Source: Kudoa neothunni (Eukaryota; Animalia; Cnidaria). From it: 64,000 nt of DNA. The first letter of the stretch is position 1. Each line of letters begins with the position of its first letter. The translations under genes and the position numbers were made by a program. The DNA is taken from positions 16,269,731 to 16,333,730 of the forward strand of contig OZ199838.1 of assembly GCA_964304625.1 (NCBI GenBank), in the 5' to 3' direction. The notes under the pieces are model-generated. The model saw nothing but the letters and a program-made list of their open reading frames with translations. It had not been told where the DNA came from and ran no database searches. This document shows, in pieces, positions 11,870 to 25,137 of the stretch.

Positions 11870-12775
11870 TCTACTATCTACTGTATATATAAAGATGAAA
11901 TGTACGTGTGTGTGTGTGTCAATTTTTTCCTTATAGAGAGACATATATAAAATTTTTAAAAAATTATAATGTTTCCAAAAATCGTAAAGTTATTTTTAAA
12001 GTGACAAGTATTCCCAAGAATGTTTAGAAATGGTGATTTTGTCAATTCTACGTTAATTTATCTGATTACTTGAGTTTAACACCTGCTTATGACCCGCTGA
12101 TTATTGGTTGAAGTTTATTTTCCCCATTATATGCTATTTCAAATGATGATTAACTTCTGATATCTGACTTTGTATATAAATTTAGTGTGTAAATTTAGGT
12201 ATTCATGCAGATATACTCCTTATTTGAAGAGTTTTACGTATTTGAATTGATAAATATACTTTTAAGTTTCTATTACTGGTTTTCAATACAACAAAAGTCT
12301 ACATTTATTTCATTAATAGCGAATTAGTTGTGTATGCGATTATCAGACAGATTGAAGCTTTATAGTACAAGCACGATGTCCGTGGATTTCATTGAAATCG
12401 TCCGCTATATCGGACTTTCAGTGATTAAATTCAATGCAGATGGTTATAATTTTACTTCACCCCATTATTTGAATTATTTATGTTGATATTAACGAGATTT
12501 GTGGTTGTTTCTGGGAAAAAGTGCATTAAAATTTATGTCGGGCCAAAGGATATTAATTGGAGAAATAAAAATTAATTTAATTATGTTTTCTTCTATCTCT
12601 ATTACTTTTCCTATTTTTTATACCTTAAAAAGTTAGTGGCGTACGGAGTTCCTGAGCCGGGCCAGAATTCGACTTTGTAAAATCCAACGATCAAAGAACG
12701 TTTTAAATAGCATTTTAAGGGAATTTATATAATTCAGAGATGCAAATTAAATATGACACTGACGTTAAATCATTC
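11870..12775 (+). mobile_element. Helitron-like family 1 copy, 3'-truncated
   Basis: 5' tctactatctactgtatatataaagatgaaatgtacgtgtgtgtg. Matches the 1418 and 23971 copies and joins the hAT remnant at gttaaat. Confidence 0.6.
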
Positions 12776-15007
12776 ATGCTTAATGTTGCCAATGAACTTA
12801 TTGACGATTTACGGACAAATAAAAAATAATCCAAGGAATAAAAGGTATGCCTCTGTCGGCTAGAACTGTTCATGACCGTACCATCATTATATCAAATCAA
12901 ATTCAGGCGACATAAACAGACATAAATGCGGCGCCGTTTTTCTCTCAAGCTTTGGATGAGTCAACAGACGTGAGTAATATGCCACAGTTTAGCGTGATTG
13001 CAAGGTATATTCTCGGTGACACATTGCAATATGAGAGCCTTGTTGTTTTGTCCATGAAAGGAAATACAAGAGGGGAGGACTTATTAAAGTAGTTTACCGA
13101 TTTCACCAAAGAAAAAAATTTACCAACGGATAAACTTATTTTAATGTGTGCTTATAGTGCGCCGTGTACGGTTGGTAAAAACAGAGGATTCGTAGCGCTT
13201 CTTTGTGAGCATGAAAAGAGAAACATTTTAAGAATAAAATGTATCATACATATGTAGGCGTTTGTGCTTCATGATGTTTAGCGAACAGTTAGGTGAGATA
13301 ATGTCGCTGGTCATCCTGGTGATCAACTTTATTGTTTCCCGAGAATTAAATGATTGCCAATTTAAGAATCTGCTGACAGAAATTTTCGTAAAGCAATGTG
13401 CGTTGGCTGACAAGGGGAAGGTGCTTAGTCGTTTCGCGGCTTGTCTGAGCCATATTGTGACTTTTCTTAAAATGAAAAATGTCGAGTATCCGGAGTTAGT
13501 TGACACTTAATGGCTCCTGATGTTTGACTATCTAGTAGAAATGACTGAACATCAAAACCAGCTTGACGTAAAAATGCAAGGCGTTGAAAATATAATCCTA
13601 TCCCTGCAACAAGCTGTGTTTGCATTCGAAAAAAAACTAGAATTCACCATCGCTGGCAGTAAAACAGGTCGTTTTTTACACTTTGAAAGACTGGGAGAGT
13701 TCATATATGCATGCTCAAGAATTGGCTCAACTCAGCATTTTGATCTTCAGCAGCTAGTAAGCTTTACATCTAATCTTCTTCAATCATTCAAAGAGTAATT
13801 TGGAGAATTTAGTGAGCACTGACGGCTTTTTAAGTATATAAACCATCCACATGAGTGCGAAGTAGATGGTGTTGATTTGAGTTATATCCCTGTTGTCTCC
13901 ATCAGAGATTTTGAATTCCAAGTTATTGGCCTGAAGGCCCCACACATGTGGGTAAATAAGTTCAACTTAATGCATGACGATTTGGATTTTTTTGTTTACA
14001 AGGTCAAACCTTTGGCGCAACCTCTTCGTTTGTGAACTTCAGGGTGGTTAGGCCTTCTCCATTTACGCTTTAGACATCGCAGCGTCATATTAAGGCGACT
14101 TACGTGTATGTTGTAGGGTGGGATTTTAAACCACTAAACATCCTCGTTTCGGGGCAACCACCATCCAAACCATACGCTGAACTAATCTAGAATTAGTCAA
14201 GGAATGTCGTCTGAATGTGGATGTTACCTCTAAGGAAACCAACTACTAGGTTGTATTTCGTCCCTGTACCCCGACGTTTATAAGCGCCCTAGATCTACCC
14301 TTCTATCAGGGTCCCCTCCCAACTGCAAGCAAGACCATGATAAATCGTGGACTTTTACGATTACTATGGCCTTCCTACTTAATTTCGGATTAGGAGTACA
14401 TACATGAACGCCCGCATTAAACTTGGAACTCGCAGCCTCATTGTATGCGATCTCGACATAACACCACTATGCCATGTTGTCCAGGCGACATTTGGAAAGA
14501 ATTGAATGGTGGCGAGCAGAGTTGGCGAGTCAACACAAGTGGGCAGAAATTAGGAGGCTTCAATCCGCTTTCTGCACATATTACACACTGCAGTGTATGA
14601 GTATTGCTGGACTAACAATGTTTGGCTCTTCATATTCATGTAAGCAGCCCTCCTTCACATCTAAACAGCATAAAGACCTACCTACGATAACGTTTAAAGA
14701 CTAAAGTCTCAACGCCTTCATGAAGATCAACCTAACCAATAACTATTCTGACTACAAACCATCTCGAAAATGATGCAAAAACAAATATCACATTAATTAC
14801 TACAAATATTTTGTTTTATTAGAACATAAAAAATATTATTTAGTAAATATAATTTGGAGATTTTTGTGCTTTTAAGGGTTGTAATCGTATAACACTTATA
14901 TGCATTAGTGTTTTTTGCTTCAAGCATAGCATGTGGCTTTCATGGAGCTGAATTTAAAAATATATTACATTTGCGGATCTTTGGGCCGAAAAAGTTCACG
15001 ACCCCTG
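12776..15007 (+). mobile_element. Decayed, 5'-truncated hAT transposon (SPIN/GTF2IRD2-like), interrupted by a SINE
   Basis: MPLS-ARTV, ALDESTDVSNMPQFSVIARY (near 12950), GKVLSRF, NQLDVKMQG, TMFGSSYSCKQ. The right end aagttcacgacccctg is the reverse complement of a CAGGGGTC..AAC hAT TIR. Confidence 0.85.
13987..14489 (-). mobile_element. tRNA-derived SINE, copy 2
   Basis: Reverse complement aligns end to end with 48225-48723. 7-bp TSD atttgga at 13980-13986 and 14490-14496. Removing it restores the hAT frame (..MHDDLE/RIEWWRAEL). Confidence 0.85.
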
Positions 15008-16500
15008 CTCCAATGAATTTTGGTAATTATTCACCTTAACGAGGAGTTAATGGCTTTATAAGTGATTTGTTTGTTCTTCGTAAAATACGAGTTTTTTTAA
15101 TTCTCTAAAATGTTAGTAATATACGATTTTGAAATACTATGACTAAAAATATAAAATCTGGAAAATTATATCAAGTTTACACTCCAATGAATTGTTGGGG
15201 TTAAAAATTACTCCAGATTATTTTTCCAACGACTGTTAGATAAAATAATCATTATTTTATCATTTAAATGTTAGGTTTATTTGGCGGCTCAATCTGAAGT
15301 TATATGGTTATTACCTATGGTAATGATCCCGTGACTTCCTTATTTATTTCCACCATTACGATAATTGAGATAGATCTCACCAGTAATAATTAAATTGGTG
15401 AAAAAAATTCTTTTAAAGTATTTATGAATACTTTAGAACTGATATATCGTAAGGATCTGACGAGATTGAAAGTTTTGAGAATTTGGGTCAATTCATAATC
15501 CCACAATCAATAATGTTGGCCTATTGTGGTGTTTTTTCCGTTTAATAGATTTATTCTTTATAATTGCTTGTAACATTTACAAAAAAAATCTTTTGAATTG
15601 ATATGGTTATGAAAAATTCTGTTAAAATATGGCAAATTTACTATATCTTTCCATTAATTGAAAGAAACATCCTTGAAGTCCAAAATCCTAAGAGTTCGAC
15701 TTTATCTATTCTGCTATAACTCAGCATATCATATAAATGAACATTATTTTTAAGATTTGAATATTTTTATGGAAAATTGATAAGAAATCCGCTATTGCTT
15801 GTTTTAGATGTACGAAACTGTCGAAAAATACATTCTGAGTGTTTGCGAATCTTATTCTAATTCAATATTCTATTTTGTAGCGCAAATAATAATTAAAATA
15901 TTTATTGTATGATATAAATTTGAAATTTACTCAAACCTTAAGCTTTAATTAATAATTTTCAGTGCGGATTTTAACGAATATAGTTATCGTAGGATTATGA
16001 GGATTACTGGTCGGATGTTAGTTGTTTTACAGCTGAATCTAGCTATGGAATTATGTTTGTTTTTATCTTCTGAAATCAAATATTTTTTATGGTTTGAATG
16101 GAGAAATAAAATATTGGGGTTATTTTTTACCCCATAATTCATCGAAATGCAGTCGATTTTTAGTACATTGTATATTAGAGGGTTCATTTTCGAATAATTT
16201 CTTTAAGCGATAATCGTTCATTCTATAGACAGATCACAAATTGAACTCATATTTAGATTCACTTTATAAAATTGAAATGTATTAACTTTTTGAACCCCAT
16301 TGTTGCCGGATGGCATTATTGTAATTTTGTGAGTGTTTTAACTATTTAATTACATTTTTTAATTCCACCTTTATTATAATAATATATTTAATGTTCATAT
16401 AATTTTAAAAAAATGAATAATGGAATTTTTTCCTTTGTATCAAGAGCAATACAGATGAATATCTAATTCCACGACAAATACAAAAAAAGGTTAAAAGTAT

Positions 16501-19500
16501 GGCAGTGTCTATTTTACCGGAGCCGGCAAATTAGCCCATGCGCGTAGGACTAGCTATTTTGCCGGACGCGCTTTTTCTCTTAAAATAATAATTCAATCGC
16601 TACAATTTTTTCCTAAAAATATCTTTTATAAATGCGGAATATAAATTTAGTTTCATTAATGCAGTGACGAATTTTAACATAGCTAATTTTTATCCATAAT
16701 ATCCAAATGAAAATACAGTAAAGTAAAACTATTTGGCCAATTCGTATTTAAAATTTTTATAATTAGGTAAATGTTTTTATCAGATGATTGATACACCACT
16801 AAAATTTAATAAAATGTTGAGTATTCTACTTTAAATAATAAATGTTTGAAATTAGCTTGTATTGCAACGCCAAATAATTGTGACTGTTTAACTTCCACAT
16901 AAAATTATATTTGAATATAATATATCGATATTGGTGTTGTTATTATTACTACTATCATCATTACCATAATCATAATTTTCTTTTTTTTCTTAAACCAATA
17001 ACTGTTTGAAATACACCTTTTGGTCTACCTCTCAATTTCACTACTGTTGGCAGCTTAATTCCTATAATTTTATGAATTTAGCAAAATGGACAAAAGATAC
17101 ACACCCTTCAAAGATGGATTTTTAGTTGTGGTATCATCTACAATATTCGGGATCTCCATATCAATTATTGATGATGGAACATTATCATTAACTGCTTCTA
17201 GTACATCCTCATTCTCTAATCGTGATTCCTCAGTAACTAAACACGAAATAAAAATTCTACTAAAGACAATATCATTAATTACATGTTGGGATTGAAATCT
17301 CTTGATTGTTTATGATGACAGATTCAGACATTAAATTGAACTAAATTAAGTTGATATATGAATAGTGGAAAAAATAGTCACCTTATCCAGAGAATCCCCA
17401 TTGGAAATAAGAGAGATTAATTCACCTAAAATCTTTTTTAATGAATCATATTGACTTTTTGTTTTTTCTGACCCTAGCAAAGCTATTTTCTTAAAAAGAA
17501 TTTCTAGCTCCCTGTATCGCTTAAAAGCTGAATTCGGAACATAGCACTGACTCGAAATTTCTGTAATACTTGGTTGCACACAACACGAAGGATTTTGAAG
17601 ATATAAATTTTTTGTCATTTGAATAAATGACAGGTAATATTCTTTTTGCTATCTCTTATTACAAATTTTCTCTTCATATAAATTCACATTCATTATTTTT
17701 CTAGCGTAAATAATATGCCTACATGGTATCTCCATACTTACGTAGAAACAACATGTACAACTATTGGGATCAGGATTGGCATAGGATTCGATATGATTAT
17801 TTATTTCATCCTGCATAATATTATACGCATATGAAGTCAACAATGTTTTATATTGTTCGTTAATGTCTGAATTTAATTTCTCAACAGTTTGGGTTGTCCA
17901 CTCTCTAACTGCTTTACTCTCACGCTCAGTCCTCATACTTGATAAATAAATAAATAAATAAGCAGTTCGCTGAAAAAGACTTCAATTGTTGATAATTTTT
18001 TTAATTTTGGAATTTATGCATTCTAATCGATTATTTGTTCTATTTAAAAAAGTACCCTTTAGGTTCATGTATGCAGGGCACCATTCATGTTTGATTGGAT
18101 CCCAAGATTTATTATAATAAGTAATGATTTTTGTTACATGTAATATTTAACAATTCATGGTAAATTTCATAAATTTTTGGATCATTGGTATAGCAAAGCT
18201 TTTGAATCAACTCTAAGGCAGTTTTCCTTTCGGCTTTGTTTATTCCCATTCTTAATGTAGAGATTTCTCTCCCAAGTGTTCTTAAGACATGGTACATGCA
18301 TAAGTTTGTACTTACGTTAGGAAATATAGATCTTATAGAGTTTCTTTCAATCATGTCTTTATCCGTAATGAAACAAACTGTTTTGGTTGACATTTCCTCA
18401 TTATGTTTAAGTAGAGATTGACATAACCAGGTAACAGTCACGGTACTCTCCTCAGATAAAAGAGCAATAGCTCCTGTTTGACTTTGTCCGAAGTCAAATA
18501 AATAAACAGGCGCATATACAATGACATACGATTATTGATTAATTTATAAGTGGCATCCATAAATACTAGTTCGGGAAATTTTATAATAGCGTTTTTCATG
18601 TAAAGGTCTTGGAAAAATATTCCAGTCATTCCATTTGAATTATTGTGCAATATTTCGATAGTTGCAATTGGGTGAGAATTTTTTATTGAATTAAACAACT
18701 CCGAAATATCTGACGAAACATTTTTTTTAGTGTTTGGATATAATTATGGATTTGCTTCAACGAAACCTTTTTTTGTGATTGGTTCATGATTTCTACTCGT
18801 ACTCTTTTTAAATTTCCATCATAAAAATTTATCAATTTTTATAAGATTCTTGCTTTCTTCATCTAATTTTGTATTCATTGGTAAAAAATCCCTAAAATGC
18901 TCATTTCTGTTGCAGCTGTGAGTAAGATCCAATTTTCTTATAACTAACATATTCATGTTTTTAGGAACTCGCAGAGTAATGAAGAAATTGCAACCACTTT
19001 TATCGCTGTTGATTTTTCTCTTCCCAGCACTTTTAGATTGTATCTGAATTCAAATTAATTACATCAATTTTTATATAGATAATTACATTTTTACCACCAT
19101 GAACACAACAAAAAGTGGCTTCATAATAAACAAGATCAGAGTTCATGTCTCTATCAAATTTTTTTAGGGCAGTTGAGATTTTTCTAGAGTCTCGGATCCA
19201 GTAACAAAAGTTGTTCCGCTTTGAGTACTTATCCATGAATTCTTTAGCCTTTTAAAAGTTTGTAAATGCATTTCCGACCATAGGTTCAGATGTAATATCC
19301 TGAATTAGTAGTGTTTGATCAGACTCTCCTTCCATAGTGATTCTACTCGCGACTATCAAAATTACAACCGCACGCTAGAGGGTATTTTACCCGTTTATGC
19401 TGTTATAACACATAAAATTAGATTAATTATATAAATAATACAGATTTATAAAAATTAAATGTCATTTATAATGAAACTTATGAATGAGTTTCAAATATCC

Positions 19501-19650
19501 TCAATGTATTTTGATACCTAATTATTAATTAAAATATAAATGAAACTAAATTTATATTCTGCATTTATAAAAGATATTTTTAGGAAAAAATTGTAGCGAT
19601 TGAATTATTATTTTAAGAGAAAAAGCGCGTCCGCCAAAATAGACACAGCC
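16501..19650 (-). mobile_element. Full-length Mutator/MULE transposon with disrupted transposase (MULE DDE plus SWIM finger)
   Basis: 9-bp TSD taaaagtat at 16492-16500 and 19651-19659, single at the empty site 7383-7391. TIRs over 100 bp (ggcagtgtctatttt.../...aaaatagacacagcc). Motifs FPELVFMDATYK, FITDKD, LCMYHVLR, SWIM CTCCFYVSMEIPCRH and AT-hook RGRPK. Stops and frameshifts present. Confidence 0.95.
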
Positions 19651-21173
19651 TAAAAGTATCAAACAAGTGAACTTAGAATTTTGAGGTACCAGTATAATTG
19701 AAAAATATGAACATATACTATTAAATAGGTTTGTTCTAAAAATGAGTTTAAGAAGAAAATATGTTTTGACATATATTCTGTAGGGACGGATTAATCCATG
19801 TTGCCATTTGGTAACATTGGGCCAGGGGGTATAGCGAGCGTTGTCACATGACAACGTTTAGCCCTCGTTATAAGTGTGTTTTTATTTTTTAGAATAGGTT
19901 CTGACTAGATTGGAGAAAGATATAAAAAGAACAGAATTTTAATAAATCATCTTATTACAAGGTGAGGACAAATCAAGCTTTGGATTCCATATCGTATAGT
20001 AAATATGATGATATTGTCTCCGAATTCAGTTCTAATGATGAGATGGAAGATAACTATCGTCAAAAGTAAAAAATGAACGCAAAAAATTAAATAAACAACT
20101 GATATTTTTGAACATGTTGAAGATATTACACTTGAATGTTCCGTCTATTTCAACCGATTCTCCAATGATACATTATTTTAACATCTTTGCATTAAGTGTA
20201 ATGTTCATTTTACCTCAATAAAACAGGAATTGCTTTTTGATCTATCGAAATTATAATAAATAATTGAATATTACGTTTCTGACGATGGAAGAGTAATTTC
20301 TTGGTTAAAAACAAAGTAACATAAAAACAAGCAAATGCACACTCCCGCTTATTGATATAAACGGTGCCCCAATGTTGCCATTTGGCATCATTTAAGTATC
20401 TTTTTATTATTTAAAATAACTGCTCCAATTTTTGTATATTCTATAGAATATTATTTTAAATTAATCTTAATGAGAAAATAAGTTTTTTCAGTCACCGAAT
20501 TAAATCCGAGGTTCAAGGATTAACAAAAAAGACAGCAGCTGGTTATATTAACGGATCATTGGTAAGCATTAAATCGAGTAATTCTATATGCTCTGAAAAG
20601 ATATGACAAATGTAAAATTAAGTTTGGTTTTTATACATATTCTTTTAAGTTGTTAGGAGGATCATCTTAAATTTTTGAGCTAAAAACATCACGTACAATT
20701 AAATTATATTACTGATTAAAATTTAATTGTATTTGAATTAAATTTAATTAATATTAATTATCAAATTCTAATATTATTTGAATAATTAATTCAGTTAAAG
20801 TGATTATATCTTTATTTTATATTATTCGAAAATTTTTATTGAGATTGTCGTATTATTGTCTTGGTGTCAAGTTCCTCAGTAACAACTACCCTGACAGGGG
20901 GTTAATTCAGAACAAAATTTAAAGTAAATTTAATAATTTATAATCTTTTCCAAATGATTTTTAAATAAAATAAATTCTTAATCCTTTATACTTTTATATT
21001 TAATGATTAAATAGAATTATTAGATTACGACAATAAATAGATTATAATGATTAACAATAATTAAATTATATTTTTTATATGATTAAATATGAAATGATCT
21101 AAATACAAGTTGTCATTTGTAAAATAAATTCGGTTTCAATCTTAAAGAAGACCATAGTTAAGATTGTTACAAT

Positions 21174-21333
21174 TAATATTCATAACACTATGAGTATGAT
21201 ACGACAAGTAATCTACTTAGAGATAACATTAGTTTTTATATATAGGAAATAATTAATTACTATTTTAGGGATTCTAACGAGTGATAATTAAAGGCCATTA
21301 ATTCATCTCAATAGAACCCCTCAGGTATTCTAA
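21174..21333 (+). promoter_or_regulatory. Conserved upstream block (copy before C)
   Basis: Duplicate of 8903-9062 and homologous to 31869-32029. Confidence 0.5.
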
Positions 21334-21487
21334 AAAACCATTATTGCAGTGATTTTGTTACCTCACCTAATATATAAATAGAACAAAAAATGATCTTTAT
21401 TTGTTGATAATATAATAGATATATTATATAAATACTGAATCTCATTTTTATTAACCGATGTAAATTAAACGTCAATATTTTAGGAAT

Positions 21488-23862
21488 ATGTTGAATTTTT
21501 TGGTGTTTTCATTATTGATTTTCTCAGTTCATACTATTCTATCATTCGAATTTAATGGTAAAACGGTAAGGTTACTGTTTTTAAATTAGTATACAAATTA
21601 ATTTTATTAAAGGAATTAATGTTTTATGTTGGAATGAACAGAATGCAAATATATCACTATACATGTAATTCAGACTCTTCAAAATTTTATGGGGTGGATT
21701 GTAGGGAACAAAATAAGGGTTGGTGCCATGGTATCTCCTCAATAAATCTCAGCTTGTTTTTATAACCATTATAGTAAGGAGTCAAAATCCAAAACCAAGA
21801 ATTGATAATGAAAACTACTGTATAAATAATTTTGTCGAAACAAATGGTTTATCTAGCGCGAACGTTACTTTTTTTGTATCGGCAAACAATTTAGAATTCA
21901 GGCAATAGTCTGTTGAAAATCTGTTAGATTTTATTTAATATATCTAGGATGCAGGCAATATTGTATGACGTTTCCTCAATGAATCAAATGATGGATCGAC
22001 ATATAACTATCGATGGCAATATTTATTTTATACATTATTCCAAATTAACGTCCTCAGATATAATATTTAATTTCAACGTGGAAACAAATGAGGGGTCAAT
22101 TCCGAATAGAAGAGTAAAAAAATCAATATATATATATATATATAAGAGAACAATATTAATAATAAATCTAATTTTAGCATTTAAACATTAAAAAATTATT
22201 TATATTAATTCTGCTACATTAATATATTGGAATTTAGATAAATGAAGGAAATGGAGTTATATATTTGAGTGAGGAGTTGTTTTCGTTGGGTTATGTGACA
22301 GAAAAAGATCCTCAAAATGAAAATATCGTCACTTATCGAGTTGGACAAAACGAATATCCATTTTTTTCGATATATATAACCGAGATCGGATTCATACACA
22401 TAATACCTACCATAATATTTAAATATATACTAGTAATTTTAAAATAATATTGATGTTTAAATTAATGTTATGAGTATCCATTAGCTCGAAAAATATATTG
22501 ATAGGAATGGTGAAATTATTATTGAATTTCCCTGTACAATAATAAATTCAAAAGTTCCAATAAATAGCAAAAAATTCGAAGGTTGGTTGTCGCAACTTGA
22601 AATTGATAAGGAGAAATTTTTGAAACCAATCACATTTATTGCAAAATATAACTTTCACGAGTGTGTCGACACAATAAAAAATGCTCTACTTGTTCCGAAC
22701 TCGGACCACCCATGGAATAGTAAAACATTACAGTTGATTAATGCTAAATTTCCAACAAAATCTGGGAGTAAATACTTTGACGTATGTCGTTAGTTTAACT
22801 TGTCTAATGATGAGGTGGTCAATAATTACTTGCTTATTTATATTATAATATTACAGGTGTATGGTTTTTACGCCAAGTCAACAACCCAAAGCAATCATCA
22901 ACCTCTGCAATATTTACAACCGTTAGTAAATCAATCCAATTTATATTCAACAAATGGTAAAGACGCTTTAACTTTGACACCCGACGAGTCTATATCTTAC
23001 GTGTACCATGTTGTTACGAGGATGTATTATTACACTCTTATTTCACATTTTACCAACACGACACTTCCTGAAAGCTACATCTATAAGTTTGACGTATAAC
23101 GACTTATCATTATATTAATAATATAAATATATATTTTAAATGTAGTCCAATAGAATCGGATGGCAAAAACAACTTATTAATAATCAAACTATGACAAGAT
23201 ACCTAAATGGTAAATATCGTGAAAATCTAAACACCTTTTTGAACCTTTTTAGATGTTAGTGAAACTGAGTCTCAAGATAATTTAGAAGACAACAACGAAG
23301 AAATACCACCCAGCGAAAAATCCACTAAAAATTCTGATACTGATTCTTCTAACAAAAATGAGGAGAACATTAAGGTCCCAAAAGCTGATGGTGATATTGA
23401 TGATTCTTCAGGAAAAAGTAGCGTAGGCACAGAACCTACTCAAAATGATGATGACGATGATCTTGATGATTCTCCAGGAAAAAGTAGCGTAGTCACAGAA
23501 CCTCAGCGAAATGATGACGATCCGGATGATTCCACTGAAAAAAGCAAAATTGTTATCGAATCTACAAAAAATGATGTAGGCAGAAGTTATTCTCCAAAAA
23601 TGATGTTGAACCTAAAGAATCTCAACAGAATGTCGATAAAAGTTCCGAAGAGCATGAAAATGACTCCACTAATGTATTCGACACTTCTAATAATAGCGAT
23701 TCTGATAGGAATCCAGTTCCTCCTATTATAGAAAAGGAATCAAAATCTTCTTTAATGGCCAAGATAATTATTCCAACATTACTAGTTATAATTCTCATAT
23801 CTATTGGGCTTTTTATATTTATGTTACGAACAAAATCGAAGAAAAAAATATTGGATTTATAA
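21488..23862 (+). CDS. Paralog C: recent duplicate of B with a 29-bp insertion in the last exon (spliced TM form stops at 23862; unspliced shifted form stops at 23731)
   Basis: Exons 21488-21565, 21613-21730, 21775-21901, 21948-22113, 22238-22432, 22485-22781, 22857-23093, 23146-23209, 23253 onward. About 1.6 stalk repeat units (23399-23503). Candidate new intron 23576-23628. Confidence 0.8.
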
Positions 23863-23970
23863 TTTTATCCAAAACCTTCTCATCATATATAAACTATTAC
23901 ATAATTATGAATTAAAATTTTATTTTTCAGTTTTTGAATTATAAAACCTTTTTCACATATCTACGATCTA

Positions 23971-25108
23971 TCTACTATCTACTGTATATATAAAGCTGAA
24001 ATGTACGTGTGTGTGTGTCAATTTTTTCCTTATAGAGAGACATATATAAAATTTTTAAAAAATTATAATGTTTCCAAAAATCGTAAAGTTATTTTTAAAG
24101 TGACAAGTATTCCCAAGAATGTTTAGAAATGGTGATTTTGTCAATTCTACGTTAATTTATCTGATTACTTGAGTTTAACACCTGCTTATGACCCGCTGAT
24201 TATTGGTTGAAGTTTATTTTCCCCATTATATGCTATTTCAAATGATGATTAACTTCTGATATCTGACTTTGTATATAAATTTAGTGTGTAAATTTAGGTA
24301 TTCATGCAGATATACTCCTTATTTGTGGAGTTTTACGTATTTGAATTCATAAATATACTTTTAAGTTTCTATTACTGGTTTTCAATACAACAAAAGTCTA
24401 CATTTATTTCATTAATAGCGAATTAGTTGTGTATGCGATTATCAGACAGATTGAAGCTTTATAGTACAAGCACGATGTCCGTGGATTTCACTGAAAGTCC
24501 GCTATATCGGACTTTCAGTGATTAAGTTCAATGCAGATGGTTATAATTTTACTTCATCTAATTATTATTATTATTATTTATGTTGATATTGACGAGATTT
24601 GTGGTTGTTTCTGGGGAAAAGTGCATTAAAATTTATGTCGGGCCAAAGGATATTAATTGGAGAAATAAAAATTAATTTAATTATGTTTTCTTCTATCTCT
24701 ATTACTTTTCCTATTTTTTATACCTTAAAAAGTTAGTGGCGTACGGAGTTCCTGAGCCGGGCCAGAATTCGATTTTTAAGAATCCGCCGGGACAAAAATA
24801 ACGTTTTAGATAACACTTTAATGAAATTTAAATAATTCGGGAATGATAATTATAATAATGATCTTAAGTTATTTAGCGTTAGTGCTAAGCCACGAAATTT
24901 TTAAATGAACCTCGGGATTGGATCACTCCTTCAAAGAAATGATCATAATTTAAATTGCATTTTCCAAATCGTTTAAGTATGCCGCTTAAAAATTTTTAGT
25001 GATTTTGTTTCTATGGGTTAATTCAAATTTTCAGTATATTTTTTGAATGCATTTAAAAACGTTTCTAGGCGAAATCTTCCCCAAGCAACGCGGGGCAGTT
25101 CGCGCTAA
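23971..25108 (+). mobile_element. Helitron-like family 1 copy, apparently complete
   Basis: 5' a^tctactatc...tatataaagctgaaatg. 3' ccccaagcaacgcgggg hairpin followed by ctaa^t at 25105-25109. Confidence 0.7.
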
Positions 25109-25137
25109 TATATATAAATAGTTCTTACGTCTATTGT

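Larger units (their letters stand above)
6458..12672 (+). repeat. Segmental duplication copy 1 (contains gene B)
   Basis: Near-identical to 15565-16500 plus 19660-24772. ORF-track translations are duplicated (6876/15984, 9995/22265, 10317/22587). Confidence 0.95.
15565..24772 (+). repeat. Segmental duplication copy 2 (contains gene C and the MULE insertion)
   Basis: Starts at tgcttgtaacattt, as at 6458, and diverges after gccagaattcga. Confidence 0.95.
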
